Source: Balanoglossus misakiensis | Lineage: Eukaryota; Animalia; Hemichordata | Assembly: GCA_040954595.2 (NCBI GenBank) | Contig: CM082577.2 | Location: 8,209,846-8,273,845, forward strand | Length of the DNA: 64,000 bases | Direction of reading: 5' to 3' | Shown: positions 60,635 to 64,000 of the stretch, piece after piece | Numbering within the stretch: the stretch's first letter is position 1 | Layout of the letters: every line of letters begins with the position of its first letter | Translations under genes and position numbers: made by a program | Notes under the pieces: generated by a model | The model's database searches: none | What the model was told of the DNA's origin: nothing | Seen by the model: only the letters and a program-made list of their open reading frames with translations

Positions 60635-63600
60635 GGATGAAAAGGAAAGTGCTCCGTTATTAATTTGTTCTGCATGGGAAGGATTGCTTCGTTAACGGGG
60701 AATAATTTTAACGTACAGACACGACGTTAATTTGACTGTTGTTGATAACAGGTGGTTATGAAACAGAAGGGAATTTTGTGGATAGCACACAGAAATTCCA
60801 CAATATTCGCTGAGCATTGTTGACTATGTCATGAAAGGAATCGAAAAATTCATGAGTTCAGTTGGTTCTACCAAGTGTCATTTTCGTACAAATCAATGAT
60901 AGTTTATTAGAATCCCACTGCGAATATGATATAATCAATGACAATTTCAAAGCTGCATTAGCCGTAACTTTTGGGCATTTGTTATTGTTGTACCTTTTGT
61001 ACCTACAGTTTTATTTTAATCCAAATCACGGTGACCAGTATCAACACAGCATGTGTGTACAGTCAGCGTCATGTTGTATTGAATTCAAGTCTGGACTAGA
61101 ATTATTTTGTCATCAATAACAATATGGTTGTTGCACATATTAACAGTTGGCATTTTAGCATAAAACTCAACTCAGGAATATAAAACGGTACGCAAATATT
61201 TGTAAGATTAAAAGTGAAATTTTATAGCCATGGTAATCCCAATTCTGTTCGATTTTATGCAAACATAATTGGCATTCGTGAATATTATTGCTTTCGACTG
61301 AATTCATCATGTTACGGTGATATCAATCGAACCGTTCCAGATTGACAGAAAAATATTCAAAAAAATTCCTTGCTGCAATGTTGGTGAAAGTGGGTTTGAC
61401 GTCAGCCAGCCTCTCTCGGGACATATATTATAGGTGTGTGGCGATTTTCAAACCTATTTCATGACCGAGATTACAGTATCGAAGCCAAACATCTTTCCGC
61501 TTTCCGATTGCACACGGTTGTTACCTGCTGCATGGCTGCCTAATTCTACCTCACAATAACACAGAACATATGAGATTTGACTCAACTCAGGACTTCACTG
61601 GTCAGCAACGACAATGAACACGGCACAGTTACAAGCTGTGTTGCCAAGACAAATAACGCGCGTTTCAGAGTACAGCAATTACAGAGCCGAGCAGTTGGTG
61701 CATGCCCAGAACAAGATTAGGCCTACAGAGCAACTTTTGACGAAAGTTACATTTACGCCCGGTATTTGACAAACCGATGTTACTATATTTCACTGAGATG
61801 CCAGCTAGTCCAATTAATAGCAAGCTGTAATTTACCACAGAAAATTGCAGCTTCAAATATGGAAGGATTGCTTTGATCTGGAATAACCGCAAGAGATATT
61901 TTATCACAATTACTCTTCCGGAAGCAGTTGTAATTACGAAGACAATAATGGTGAATTAATCGTTTATCATTTTGATGACCATCAAAAGAAACCATGTTAG
62001 ATATATGTTTCAATTACCTAGATACTGTCGGATGGTGGTCCAGTCATTACATCCATGTATATCATAAAATTGTGAGGACTAACGCCTCGGGGATATCTTT
62101 GTTTATGGCTGCCGTGTGACGTGTCGCAGAATTTCACCATGTCTGCGAGGCAGTCTGCATCGGCACTATGCCCGAACGTCGCCTGGGACCTATAAGACCG
62201 ACATAGATGGTCCCCAAAGAAACTTGGAAGAACAGTTCGTACTACATTATATTATACATTATGCCATTTATGGCTCCGAGTTAAAACCACACACGTTTAA
62301 AAAATCTATCAATAATAATTTGCGATAAAGACAGTACAAGAATATTTATTTTGATGTTCGATGGTGTTGATGAAATATGGCGTTACCAGAAAAACACGCA
62401 GACGTATTGCCGACAACTAACCTTCCTTTAATAGTTCAGTTTACCAGAAGGCCAGAAGAGTATCGCCTGGAATACAGCTGGCTCTATCCTGCGATTAAAT
62501 ATTTTCTTTGTTTAAACGCAAACATCGTCACAGAAAGCATTCAACAGATCCTGGGTTAATTCTGGCAACACTCAACCCGTCAGTTAATAGCAGTTTTGTC
62601 ACAGACTCAATGGCAGTTGACGCAAGGCCATCAACGCCCAAACACATAATCTAGGCAAATATGTATACATCATTCATCAACTGGGCTTAACTAGTCAATG
62701 TACACTCTCAGTTGCACGTGTATCAACATACCTCGTGGTTTTATGCCATGATCTTAAATGCGTCAATGTCAGTTAAGTGATAAACCCAGCCAATTTTCGT
62801 CGCCCGATCATACGACAGCATGGTGGATAAACATTGCGCCGGGCGGACTTCTTTTGTGTAGACTATTTTTCGGATCAGACGTGATAGAAAACTGAGATGA
62901 AGTGGTACTTTGTGGTGAAAACCATATGATATACAAATAGTGTACCTACAAATAGTATACCTTCTATTGCTGCCTTAAAATTATATAAATTCTGTGATAC
63001 TGTAGGAGTATTTAGACCCCAATTATTTGTCTTGATTATTTATAGGTCAAGGGTCAAAGTCTACACATTTTGAATCATGGTTGGTCATCCTCGCTAATTG
63101 CTTTTCAATTGCTATATTGTGCCACGTCTCTACTACATGGCATAAATCTTTTCTCAAGACTTTTGTAAGAGTGTGACACGTGGAGAGTCTTCGTGATTCT
63201 GGAACGAGGTGGCCGACAATATTCGTCTGCTTTGAAAGGCATCATGACAAGCCAATAACTGATACAATCACGTTTTGTTTTAAATTATTCTCGCTAAAAA
63301 TCTCACTTTTTCACTGTTTTGTCATGACATAGAAGAAAGAACAACGTCTCCTTTATTCATAAGATACGCACATTTCATACACATTGTTGCAAGCATTCTT
63401 GACTGGTGGTTGCTAATCCAAATCCGATACAAGCGGCGAAAGTGGAACAGTTTAATCGCGTTGAAGCAATTTTGTCAACATCATAAAATAAAATCACGTC
63501 TTTTCATATTCGATATGACATTACCAAACTGACAGTAAAATCGGATTACGTTGCTAATAAAATTATTTACCAAATAATTCAATTTTGTCATTTTCTATTT

Positions 63601-64000
63601 CATAAATTCTAACTGGTAAGATAAGACTTTCCCTGCGATAAAGCTATAATAAATGACACCTTTGTTTGACGTCAATCTTACACACGGTGTAAGATCATTA
63701 TTAATCGGCCTTCAAGAGGCACAGATCCCTTGACAATCCGATGAAATGCTTTATCAAGTCGTCTCGCTCGGACGAACATCATAATATCTCGGTCGAACGA
63801 ACCACTCTCAGCGAATAACCTTGTTACCATAAAATGAGATTAACATACATGTACCTGTATAGACAACGTGGTCAGACAGCGAAGTTGTGTTTTCATTTCG
63901 CTTTGGTAACAGAGAGGCACCTCTCGGATTTGATTTTAAAATCGTTAAAATTATTTGATGGTGAAAGGCTACGGCCATAACCATTGCTTCGTCTCTATAC

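Overview
This is animal (metazoan, intron-rich, invertebrate-looking) genomic DNA, not prokaryotic. GT-AG introns, microsatellites, MITEs and a SINE are present; there are no operons, CRISPR arrays or rRNA. Six spliced genes could be reconstructed by hand. On the minus strand: a 184-aa two-TM protein (PIRT/TMEM100-like), a double-BTB protein with a C-terminal HBS1_N/CUE-like domain, UBE2O, a DTHD1-like ZU5-ZU5-UPA-Death protein with an unusual ~610-aa helical N-terminus, and an adhesion GPCR with a degenerate, probably non-cleavable GPS. On the plus strand: an orphan of ~197 aa. The non-coding DNA holds several small DNA-transposon derivatives: two TTA-flanked MITEs with different TIRs but a shared ~400-bp core, three ~90-bp hairpin elements with 9-10 bp TSDs, and TTAA-flanked piggyBac-like and Kolobok-like minis. 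A 1248-bp tandem duplication reads as identical between copies. I see no unambiguous new multi-gene system. The best leads are the core-sharing MITE pair, the hairpin elements with long TSDs, a stop-interrupted ORF in the BTB gene's promoter region, the aGPCR GPS/micro-exon, and the DTHD1-like N-terminus. Exon coordinates were read by eye and may be off by a few bases; family assignments come from motif recall, not database searches.
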